Made by a program: the position numbers and the translations under genes. A stretch of DNA of 63,305 nt, counting the filler, from Salisapilia sapeloensis CBS 127946 (Eukaryota > Protista > Oomycota), in the NCBI GenBank assembly GCA_023334545.1. It is 16 parts of 16 records of this genome, joined end to end, with 100 filler letters (N's around TTAATTAATTAA, not from the genome) between each part and the next. Parts side by side here need not be neighbours in the genome. Positions count along the whole stretch, not along the records: positions 19,719 to 27,273 come from JAADVB010000515.1; positions 27,374 to 35,119 come from JAADVB010000510.1; 14 more parts are not named here. One strand, written 5' to 3'. The notes below the pieces were generated by a model. That model was not told where the DNA came from. It searched no databases and was given only the letters and a program-made list of their open reading frames with translations. Below are positions 21,050-32,255 of this stretch, one piece after another. Every line of letters starts with the position of its first letter. The first letter of the stretch is position 1.

Positions 21050-23905
21050 ACGATTCCTCTTTTTAATATGAAACTCGAGCGCAAGACTCCCTTGGGATCG
21101 TCGGCGATATGGAGCAGAGTTGTTCATCGTGGAGGAATACTCGGTTGATATGAAGTGCAAGCTTACATCACGGAGTACTGTGCGGCTGCTGCTGGGGTTG
21201 ACCTTAAAACGGTTGTTAGATTCGCGTTTAATACTCCAAATTTCACTTGAGTATTTGAAAGCAAATTTTGATCTGGTTTATTTATCCTTATCTGAGTACC
21301 TGATCTTGAGTGTCCGGTGGCTACCCATTTCTCCTGCCGTATTCACTTTATGTATGCCGTGCCCTGTCGTGTCGTCTATGTCTGGCACTTCTTCTACCAC
21401 ACCAACCAGCATAGGGATCCCCTAGGGTAGGCATCCCCCCATGGCAAAGGGAATCATCTTGGGGAATCCTGTGATGACGCGGGCTCCAAATCCCAACTCG
21501 TAGCACTAGGGCGTGTGTGGTACAGTGGTAGACTCGCTCGTTGGAGAGCATACTCGCGTGGATTCGATTTGGCCAGCCCAATGTACAAACTGGTAACAAC
21601 CACAAGTTCGCTGGTAACCTAATACCGGCGGGAGTGGGCCGAGACGGTGACCTTGGTTGCTGGTGTGGAGTTCTCTTTGATTTGAAAAGAAAAGTCACGC
21701 ACCAAGTCTGAACTTAGTATAGCCGTGGACTAGCGGATTTCAGCAGATAGCAAATACTTCACCCTGGCCCCTCTGACAATAGGACCAGCAGCGGCAAAGG
21801 TCTTGGCCCTTACGCCTGCTGAACCAGCAGCGATTTGACCGACTAAGCGTTTACCCTGCTCGGAGTGAGCAAGGGACCACGTCTACCCGGTGGATCGACC
21901 GGGGACAAAGTGTCTGACACGAGATTTACGAACACCCCTTTCGTGGACTCTGCGGTACTGGTACGAACTGGTGTGAGAACGTATCACACAGTACAGTAGC
22001 TCCTCTCTCGCGCTTCCCTTTCTCTCTCTCAAAATATGAAGCGTCCTTAAGCTCCCCCTGAGCCGTTCGGACAAAAATATGAAGTACCAAACCTGATATC
22101 ACGAAAGTACCAGTCCGATAGACTGAAATTGCAGGTGAACTTGAAAGAAGTCTCTCGACGCTGGTTGCAGAAGCACTTGAGGTCTTGAGGGCAAATTCCG
22201 AACTGAGATTGACTGTTTCTCTATCTTCTTCTTTCTTACTTCCTATCATCTTGGTTACCCTTTTGTAACCCGTCCTTACTCTTTATTCCTGCTTTCACTA
22301 TCTGTGTCCTTCGTCTTTTCCGCACTTTTGATCTCATATCATGCTTGCCTAGGTCTCTATGTACCACCTGTCTTGCAGTTCATCTGATTCTTCCTTTGAG
22401 TAATCACCATCTGGTCGCACGTCCACGTCAAGACGGTGCCAACCGGAGATGCCGTCGGCACCTTGTTTCCCTGCGCTTCACCACACGCCGTTCTCGCACA
22501 TGCGTTTTCGTCCCGTACGGACGAGTCCGCCGATGCCTGCCTTGGCTCTTGTTTCATGCTTGGAACTGAGGAACCACTTCGAACGTCACTTCAACCGCCA
22601 TCACAGGTACTCGGCATTGAGTAGTCCAACCTTCACATCACCCACCGTCCTCCCACTTTTGTTAGCACCATATTCAGCATCTCAGGCATCGCCTGAGAGC
22701 ATTGGGTCACTGGTTCAGTTATCCTGCGCTTGCTCCGCCACGACCGTCATTGGCTCTGGGTGACCCCACCTGAGCCCGTTGATACTTCACCTCACCAGTT
22801 TCTCTGATGGCGATAACCACTGACTCTGAGTGTTCCAACATCCTTCTAGCTTCGCATGAGTCTCCTTGAAAGCTTCTGATGGCAACGCTACTGCCTTCAC
22901 ACTCCGTAGACCACCTTGACATCGGCATGGTACCAACACCACTGATACCAGCAGGTACCACTGGTTCCATCGATGTAGCAGCAACTCTGGTGGTCTGGCG
23001 AGCTTCTATCAACATCACGCGTACCTCTGTGGACTTACTATACCCTCGTGCCGCTGGTTCGGTCGTTCAACATCCTCAGGTCACTGGTAACACTCGACTC
23101 GAGTCGGTGCCTGCCTCTACTGCTGGGTCTGCTGGTATACCAGCAGACCCAGTGATTCCGAGGGGTCTCTTCCGTACCCCAGGTATCATGGAGCGTGCGT
23201 GGTGATCCCGCACTACTGGTACAATGCCTGGTGTCTGGTAATCTAACGCTGTCCGAAGGTATCACCTGCACGCCAGCCCGCTCTACCTGTAATAGTGAAA
23301 ATGAGTCGGTAGCCGTATACCAGTTGGTAACAGTAGCACTAGTTCTCATCGCAAATTTGCTTGCACATCACCACCAAACCATCGTGACAATGGTCATTGT
23401 GTCCCATGTGATGATTAGCCCATTACTTCCATCTGAGCCTGGTGACACTTTATTTCACCAGCTTCTCTGATGGCAATACCAACTTGCATGCATGATAGTG
23501 TGCCTCTATCATAGATTCTATACTAACCAGCTTACTCTTTATGTCACTGACCCAGTAGCTGGCCTAGGTCACCACTGAGTTGATGTGTACCAGTGTACCA
23601 CGAACCATCTTGCTGATAAACGGTGTAACCACCGGTTCCGGGTGTTCTAATATTCTCCTACCGTTACACAAGCCTCTATAAAGGCTTCCAATGACAATGT
23701 CGCTGCCTGCACACTCCATAGACCACTTCTATATCGACATGATACTGGTACTGCTGTTACGAGCAGATACCACTAATCCTATCGGTATACTAGCAACTCG
23801 GGTGGTCCAGGAAGCTTCTGCCAGCCTCATAAGCATCCCCGTAGGTTTACCACACTCTAGGACTGCTGGTTCGGTCGCTTAACATCCTTCAGTTATCGGT
23901 AGCCT
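21050..23905 (-). mobile_element. Heavily decayed, possibly Ty3/gypsy-derived sequence
   Basis: Many broken ORFs. Minus-strand RCWSYCQRG is a zinc-knuckle-like remnant (about 21750-21790). LRDVSLHFIST...SAPYRRRSQ..L..HIK (about 21060-21190) resembles the segment preceding gypsy RT. No intact RT, RNase H or integrase motif is visible. Confidence 0.3.
22772..23905. repeat. Two degenerate direct repeats (about 22772-23095 and 23434-23905)
   Basis: Shared blocks such as TCACCAG(T/C)TTCTCTGATGGC, CACACTCC(G/A)TAGACCAC and CTGGTTCGGTCG; the second copy has an insertion of about 150 bp. Confidence 0.75.
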
Positions 23906-23908
23906 GCT

Positions 23909-24161
23909 TGTAACGGGCGCTCCGTCCACTACTGTAGTTAGCGAGTTTGTCGTCCTTTTGTTCTTTTGTTTTGGTATTTGTTTGGTACAGATGATTAGAT
24001 GTGCTGCCTATTCCTCCATAACATATGTGAGGTACATTTAATGGAAAGATGTGTAAGGTATTGCAGGATCTAAAGGTATCAAATAAAGTTCACTCCTAGT
24101 TTTATCACGCTTTGCCTATCGCACATGTAAGCCACTCACGGGTAACAAGAGTCCCGTAACA
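23909..24161 (+). mobile_element. Candidate solo LTR (253 bp)
   Basis: Begins TGTAACGGG and ends CCCGTAACA (TG...CA, 8/9-bp inverted termini), with AATAAA at 24082-24087. No clean 4-5-bp TSD (CTGCT vs GCTCT). Confidence 0.5.
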
Positions 24162-25192
24162 GCTCTGGATTTCTTTTCTGCGAACGTGCGAATGGTAAAA
24201 AAAATTACATTATGCGGAGATACATTTATAAGTTCTAACCAACTTTGACTACCTCGTTAAATGCTTTATTCACTTCAGTATCATTCAACTCCATCCAATT
24301 TAGTGTGGTATCTACCAGAGCAAAATCGTCTTCGCCGACGTAATTTCAGCTGTTCGTCTTATAGCGGGCATTTATTTCAAATAATTACATGCATTCCAGA
24401 AGTGTACCTTTCAAGTCAGCTTCAACTTTCCAGCATTTCTGAGAATAATCAGTAAATTTGGTATTTTATCACGAAAGTGAAACGAAAATATAGCTTTCCG
24501 AACGAGCCCGCTTATATACAAAATAAAGCGAACGTTGGTTGTTTTTGGCGTCGTCTCAGCAAGGTTCCCTTTATTTTTGTAATTTTCAAGAAACCAAAGT
24601 TACCGAACGAATCGCTTCGTTAAAAAAATCGCAAACCGCGAACCGCGAACTTTCTGCTATCTATATCCGTAAAAAGTTCGATAGAGGTGTATCATTGGAC
24701 CTTGGGATGCACAAAAGATACAATTTTCGAATAACCAGACATACTTCTTCCTTCTGGGTAGATAGGTTCAGTCAAATAGTCAATCCATAGCTCTGCACGT
24801 TTAGAGCCCAATGCTAGAAGTAACGCACACAGGATTTATTTTCAGTAGCAATGCTGCAATGACGATCGATCTTGGTGTTCATTTCGATGTGTTTCTTAGA
24901 TTTCTACTTCGGCTAGATGTCAAAATCAGCCAGAGGTCGGTGACTGCGTTGTGTACAAGGAACAGACAGAGAGGCACGTCAGGATACAGATGTGCAGAGC
25001 AAGTAAGCCCAGAGCACGATATCTAATTCATTTTGCTTTTCCAGCCACAGAGTGATTATCTACATTCTTTAATCAGTGGCGGTCGACTCGCCCCAAAGTT
25101 CTGGACAAGTGAAAAATAATTTGAAGTTGAGACTCCTACAATAGACAGAAACAAGGAGGCGATTAAGAGATTCTTGTAGGAAAAACTAAAAG

Positions 25193-27273
25193 ATGTACGC
25201 AGGCTCTTACTTCGTTGCCACTAGCGAGCAGCTTGAAAGCGCAGAGGCAATGATCCCTGGACTCACGGGAGTAACCAATTTGTTACAAGAGATCTACACA
25301 TTTTGCAAGTACATAGAAGAGAGCAACGCTTTATGCATGGAGGTCAGTGAGCTGTTGCAGAGCCTAACAAAAAGGCTACTTGAGCGGGCAAGTAAAGAGT
25401 CTGTGTCAGAAGAAATCGTTAATCGCTTTTTCAACATTGCGTACAATTACCACGACTTTTTGCTAGAGTACACAGAAAAGAGCAAGATTAAGTCTTAATG
25501 CGTCCAGGGAAAGCGATGGAAATGACCACCAAGTACTACGATCGATTAGATACGCTCTCCCAACAACTTAATCTTGGGTACATAGAAGAGAAAAAGTATT
25601 TCCGTGAAGAATGGCGAGTTGCGAAAGCGACGTACGAAGCTCAACTAAAGGAGCAGGAGCGGTACTTAAAGAAGGTGCTACAAGATGCTGAAAAATTTAC
25701 AACACTTTCATGCGATCTAGCAAGCACGACAAAGTCTACGCAGAGAACGATTTTGTATGAAGCAATGTACAAGGCAAAATGGTCATCAAGTACTCAGCGA
25801 AGCATATTAGACATCGCAACGAGTGACATCAAATCAAAAAACCTAGAAGACGGTATTATGGCACCGCCGAGTTGGTATGTCCCACGAGAAGACATAATGA
25901 CGGAAATTCGTGGTGGATTCCTCGGGGAAGGATCGTATGGCAAAGTGTACAGAGGCCAATGGAAGTATGAAGGCTCGTACGTTGCAATCAAGCAACTTCG
26001 ACAAGATGACTCATCAACGCAGAGTTCACTTCTGAAAGAAGCGTACAAATGGCGAAAGATCCATCACCATGAAAACGTTTTAAAATTACTAGGTGTCTGT
26101 GACGTCGGAAAGCCCCTGTTTTGCGTCAATGAATATGCTTCGAATGGCAACATTTTGCAGTACTTAAAGAAAACTGGTAATGAGCATATGCTTTTCAAGC
26201 TATTCTGTGATGCTACGAACGGACTCCATCATCTTCACAAAAATGGATATGTGCACACTGATCTAAAAGCGAGCAACATCCTTGTAAGTGGAGATGAAAC
26301 TGCAAAGATCTCAGACTTCGGATTCCGTCGCATTCGTATGGATGCAAATTCCCTTAGTCATCAGCCATCTTCAAGCAGTGTTCGCTGGAGACCACCGGAG
26401 CTTCTCACAGGCGATGGCTCCACCGGAAAACATTCAGCAAAATCTGACATCTTCTCTCTAGGCATGTGCTTGTATGAGCTACTTACGCAAGACATACCAT
26501 GGAATGGCTTATGTGAAGAAGAAATTCGCAAAAAGATTCTCGCTCACGAATTACCACCGCGCCCTTCAAATATTGCTGATGAGTTGTGGGAGTTGATTGA
26601 AGGGATGTGCAAATTCTTCGCTTCCGATAGACTTAGGCTTCCACAAGTCATCAAGAGAATTGCCAGACTGGAAGAAAGGCAGCGAAAAGGTGATATCCAA
26701 GTCAGTCGCAGTCCGCGTAGCATACCAAACGAAAAAGAGTCCAAGCATGCAACCTCCGTTGAGTTGAAAAAAGAACCGCCTTCATTGGAGGGGGGCTCAT
26801 ACGAATTCATTTAGCGCCGTGGGATCCAATGGAGCTGTTGCATCTTCAGATGAAGAGAATTGCATCTCGAGACAATTCGACCGTCAATCATCAATTTCTG
26901 ATGCCAATCTGAAGAGGTTAAAGTTGGAAGTTACGCTCTTTGGCATTTCCAACCTTCCCCGAGCACGTGCTTATGTAAGGCTCGAAGTCGAAAAAGTTGT
27001 TCATGTGAGCACTGTCATAGAGAAACGTACCTCTAATCCATGCTGGACTAAAATGGATTCAGCGGAAACATTTAACTTCGAGGTTGATAACAAGTACCGC
27101 GGCTACATTAGTGTGGGGGTCTACGATGCTCGAGAATCACGTGACAAGAAGCTTGCTGAGGTGCACATAACACCTGACACATATTAGGCAAAAGCAAAAG
27201 TAACAAAGCTTACACTTCCTCTGAAGCTGAAACATCAAAGGACGGGGAATCAAACGGATCTTGGGACGTCTCC
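25193..27273 (+). pseudogene. MLKL-like four-helix bundle + TKL kinase + C2 domain, disrupted (two frameshifts, one in-frame stop)
   Basis: ORFs 25193-25498, 25498-26814 and 26819-27187 join into one protein collinear with the paralogue at 54224-55533. Kinase motifs GEGSYG, VAIK, HTDLKASN, DFG. C2-like LEVTLFGISNLP...YVRLEV...STVIEKRTSNPCW...TFNFEV...ISVGVYD. Confidence 0.75.
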
Positions 27274-27649
27274 NNNNNNNNNNNNNNNNNNNNNNNNNNN
27301 NNNNNNNNNNNNNNNNNTTAATTAATTAANNNNNNNNNNNNNNNNNNNNNNNNNNNNNNNNNNNNNNNNNNNNAAATTCTGACCTGATTCGCAAGCGATG
27401 CGGTGGTTCAAGTGTCAGCGATTTCGCTGACCAAAGTGATCGGGAGGAGTCTCAGAGCGGGAGGGACAGAAAATGTTGACAAAAGCAGGCGGTATTCTCG
27501 CCCGCCACAATGGCTGACCTAAATCTACTTTGATTTCGGACTGCAACGTCCTCTACAGGCAAAGTGGCTTGAGGTTGTGAAGGGCATTAAATTGCAATTT
27601 GTGCTAATTTGTAAGTTTCGGCTAGATGCAGGAAAGAAAAGAATTTGTA

Positions 27650-30600
27650 AAGTACGAGATAGGATTTGGACGTTGATGAGAACAATGTCGGTGAAGAGAG
27701 CTCTTGATAAATAGAAAGCGTCGGGAACGTTGAAAGTTTCTAGTTGATTAATCTTATATATGAGGAGGCATTAACATAATGCGACGTAGCGTTTGATATT
27801 GAAAGCTTGCAGAAGGTGCCAATATTACTTTGCTGTATTGACTCCGAACCTGGACTTCATTGCAGTGTCTGCTAATTTTCTATTGCTTATGTTTGTAGAG
27901 CCTACTGTACTTTAAGTAGATGCTTTTAGTAGAGAGGTTATGAATGGGTGGATGATCGCGATCATTTTCATGTACTCTCTTTTTCTTATGGTAACCTACG
28001 GCCAATTTACCTTCGTGGGGTTTGTTTCGGTTTCAGGCACTTCTTGAAAACTTTCTGGCATGCTAATATCGCTCACTTTGATGCAATGGAAGCTAACAGT
28101 TCAGCGGATCCTATTTTGAGACCTACCTTCAGACAGTTACAATCTTTCTGTGTGGAAGCACACGTGTTTTCGCTTTTAACTCTCCTTCGAAAATAAAGTC
28201 AATAGATTGATATAAACGGACAATCCCTTCTACCCTTGCGAATGAAAAGGGCTACAAAAGGTTTCCTATCGATTTAAATAATGTTCTGGCTGTAGAAGTT
28301 CGGGGATGACAGGATATGCGTTTATAAGATTAGCTCGTGGAGTTGTCGAAATGGTTTTTATTTCCGATCATAAAGGTCGAGGAGAGCTCGACACGCGAGT
28401 CCAAGTGCAGAAGAGGGTCATTAGATTCATTTGCAATCACCACACGAGAAGGATGACAATAAAAAATCGACACCAGAACAATACGTATCACGAGTGAAGT
28501 ATCGGTGTTGTAAACCAAGGCATCAGTCTTAACCGTAAAACAAGACACCACCGTAGAATAATAACCGCTAGAACTAGCTAAATTTTAGATTGAGGTTCGA
28601 GATGGAAAGCTAGGTCCAAACTAGGAATTATGGATCTTGTTGTGATACCCTTGACTGCTGCTTCGAGTTATAACAAGATCTAAACAAAGGTAAAAAAAGC
28701 TGGAGGAGTATCTCCTATGCAGATAAGCCAGCTCTATTGAAAGTATGCATTACTTTTTAGATCTAGGTTGCTACGCTGGTCAATCAACTTTAAATAGTAT
28801 TGCTTTAGTGGGATGAGAGAGTTTGACCATATTTAATGCTGGGAATGATTTTCTCTCCTATATCAAGATCGAGCGCACTTTTGAAACTGTTGCCAAGAAC
28901 AAAACCCCGTGCTATCCCCGCTTCCTACATATAAGATACTGCCGTTTTCCGTTGAAGCTGTGCTTGATCATCTAATGGGGAGTATTTTAAACGGGCTTGA
29001 ATCAACACAATTGGATGTGTTCTATCTACAAGCGTGGTGGCAAAGTATTATCGACGAGGCAAGAGAGGAAGCGCGTGAAAACAAGTGTGTTTTTTTCGAT
29101 CCCTTGTTATCTCTCGGTTACTGGCTTCGAAAGCTCAGCGGACTGTTTGGCCAGGCACTTTTCAATTACACTGAGATCCACACGTCCATTCATGATGTCG
29201 TATTGCACGCTCAATTGGACCCGTCTTCGTTAAATTCGCACGAAGAGTGGTTGGAGAAAGTCACGGTCGAAATTCCCTATAGTATCACTCCAGTCGGCAA
29301 AGCATATCCTGGGATTATGGAAACATCATATAATCTTCTTACCACCATCACCTTAATTATATGCATTGCGACCACAACAGTGGCGGGAAATGGTCATTCG
29401 TTCTTGATGACGCCAGTATAGTAATGAACCCAATGATACAAGAGCCTGTTCGCTTTTTAATGTCTAAAGGAGGGCCATTATATGCCGGTCAATATAAGGT
29501 GAGGGAAAAAGATGAGCTACAACAACAACCTTGTTTATTGATTCGTGGTTATTCACTCGAAAACTTGGACAAATGCTTTATGAATGAATTCCTCCAGATA
29601 TGTGTAAAAGCTTCGGATGCAAGCGAAACTGTAATGGATTTGTGTAGCGGCCAAAAGTATGAGAAAGCTGCTAGTAGATCACTTCTCCAGGAGCTTAATT
29701 ACTATCGAGAATTAAAACATCACGGATTGAAAACTGAAGTGAAGCTTAAAATGAAAAAAGCTTCACAGCAGTCATGGATGCTAAATCTGACTTCGGGAAG
29801 CACCGATCTTGTCTTAAAGCAAGTAAAAGCTTTTAATCTTCTAGCGCATTTCAATGGAGATATAGCGCATAGTGCGTACGATCATCTCTTAAAGCTTCCA
29901 CTAGAGATAGAGACGCTCGTTTCGGTGGGTACTCGTGCGAGTCTACTCTATGCGGCCTACTGCCGCAGCTAGACTGCGCATGGCAATTTCACTTGCTTCA
30001 GACTTTGTAAGCTCGTCAGCCTCCTTTTGTCAGTGTATTATAATCGGCTATCATCTTGTCGCATTCCAAACTCAAGGTCCGATGTGAATAGATTTCTCAC
30101 AGAAGTACAATCAAAGAGAGAACTGATAATGAAGGCATTTCATTTTCTTGGAAACACCGAACATCAAGTACATTTATCGAGCAATCAAAAGGAAAAGGAT
30201 ACGAAGCGAGAAAGCTAGACGAGTTCCCGTTGCTTCACAAGTCTTTGGAAGCTGACTAAGTAATGAATAGTAGGTTGATTGGTTTGTAGAAAAAATTGTG
30301 GTATATTGCGTTACGCCTTCCCTTGAACTAAGCAAGAATCACAAATTTCCAATGCCTCATCAGATACATCATATGTGACAAAAGGATAAAATTAATTGAA
30401 TGTAGATTGCGCTTTAAGGTCGTTGCCGTTGTTTAAACTGAACCGTCCAGAGTTCACGTCGAAGATGTAATTGTGCATGTCGTATAACAGGGGGTAACTG
30501 AATGTGTTGAGTTATGACATGAGAAGAAAAAATCTGAAGGTATTGAAGCATTCGTTTTTTGACGGCTTGCTTGAAAAGAGGTGCTTGAACGAAGTCACAA

Positions 30601-32000
30601 CTAAAATCAATACTGCATCCACTCATGAAGTAAAAATTTTCGATGCCCACCAGCATACATGTTTATTATCATCTGCAGCGGTATTCCAATAACTCCGAAG
30701 CCCTTCCACAGCTGTATACAAAGCATAAAACTTTCTCGAGTAGCTCAATGTACGATAGTGCGGAATAAATCTCGCAAAGTTGAAGTGTATTTGAAGTGGA
30801 TGTTGAAGGGACATTTGGACATCTGGCCGTTGAGGATCTAAGCCAGATTTCCACGAGTAGTAGCGACATGAAACGACGATCATTTCACGAGTCTCATCAC
30901 ACGTTTTAAAGGACTGAATGCAAACTTGCGGGTGGTGTAATGGGTAGCGATCTATGAATGAAATGGGTAATCATGTATGTGGACGGAAATTTGCTGGTGG
31001 ATGACGGGTTATCTTATCAGCAGTGGGCTACAGAGCAGCCATTAGCTAGTTAAACCACTGTGATAAGTTACGTACGATGGGGATGGTCCCGTGGGGAAAG
31101 TAAAAGATGTGGGCAATTTATTTTCACTATTCGCAGCAATAGTACGCATTTTTAAGTGACAAGGAACGAAGGACACCAATGCGAAGGCGATATACGAAAG
31201 GAATTATTGTATGACGTTGGCAAATAACGTTTTAATTTTACCCTATATATGGGTAAGACACTGGCGAGTGTGCAAATCGTAACTATGAGGGGCATGAGAC
31301 TGATGATGTATAACGATGGTTTAATTATAAAAGCCATCTTGCATTTAGTTATGGCGCGGTGCCGATATTCGGACCTTTACAAACGAAAATGATATCTTTA
31401 ACTGTACTACGGATGATTAACTGTATCTTCTAGGTTTCCATAGGTGCACCGATTAAAAGCTCTTGTGCCGAGGAGAGTACAAAACGTTTACGCCATGTCT
31501 TTGGACTTTTTAAATTCGTCAATCTAGGCAGATATCTAAGAAACTATGTGGGTCGTGAAATGATTCGCGAGGGAAAATGTCTGGAGGATCGAACCACTGT
31601 GACGAAAACGAGACACGGAAGAGCTTAAATAGCCTTTAGCATTCGAAGACGTCAATAAATGTGGTACGAAGCGTTTTCAAAATTCTTAGTACAATCTATT
31701 TTGTCCTGGCCTCAGCTACGTTGCACCACAAGAAGTGTAGAACCACGAACGATCCAAATGGCACTTAAAAAACGCAGGCTAAAACAAAAAGAGATGGGTC
31801 TCGGAAGTAGATGTTGGCATCTACACTTTGGATCGAGGAACTTGATGACATTAGTGGTGAACTTTGCTGCTATGGCAAACTTGGTGAGGAAGTATTTCGA
31901 AACTATCATCCACTTCCAGAACTAGATGGTGAAGATGCTATGACGATAAACTCATTCGAGTGCGACAGCGCACATGCGGTAGGCAGAAATTAGTCTATGG
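27650..32000 (+). pseudogene. Decayed large gene with LRR-like fragments and two surviving ORFs (28909-29421, 29361-29972)
   Basis: The frame of the 28909 ORF continues upstream through several stops (SYNKI*, LLLDLGC, LTIFNAGNDFL). Scattered LRR-like pieces DLDVDENNVGEE and PNLDFIAVSANFL. Boundaries approximate; family unknown. Confidence 0.3.
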
Positions 32001-32255
32001 AAATGAAACTATGGCAGAGATAATTGAGTAAATAGCACAGCTTGATCACAAATGCATTGATCATTAAATGACGATGATGAAATATAAAGAGATACCAATG
32101 CAGCTCAAGCCACTAAGAGCGATTACAAGCACAAAATACGAGAGATGCAAGTACCAAGATGAAAACTGCTTTCAACGAAGTTGACTGTCAGTAAATGCAA
32201 GTCTTATTAAAATCAGTTTAGCCACAACTCAAGCATTAAAGTGTTTCTTTGCGTT

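Noticed and set aside
25496-25500. TAATG as programmed termination-reinitiation coupling
   Set aside because: The paralogue is continuous here and a 1-nt homopolymer deletion explains it. Kept only as a lesion finding.
29361-29460. WSFVLDDASIVMNP as a GT34 glycosyltransferase motif; also considered a Crinkler C-terminus
   Set aside because: Only a loose short match, with no supporting motifs or LFLAK-type header.
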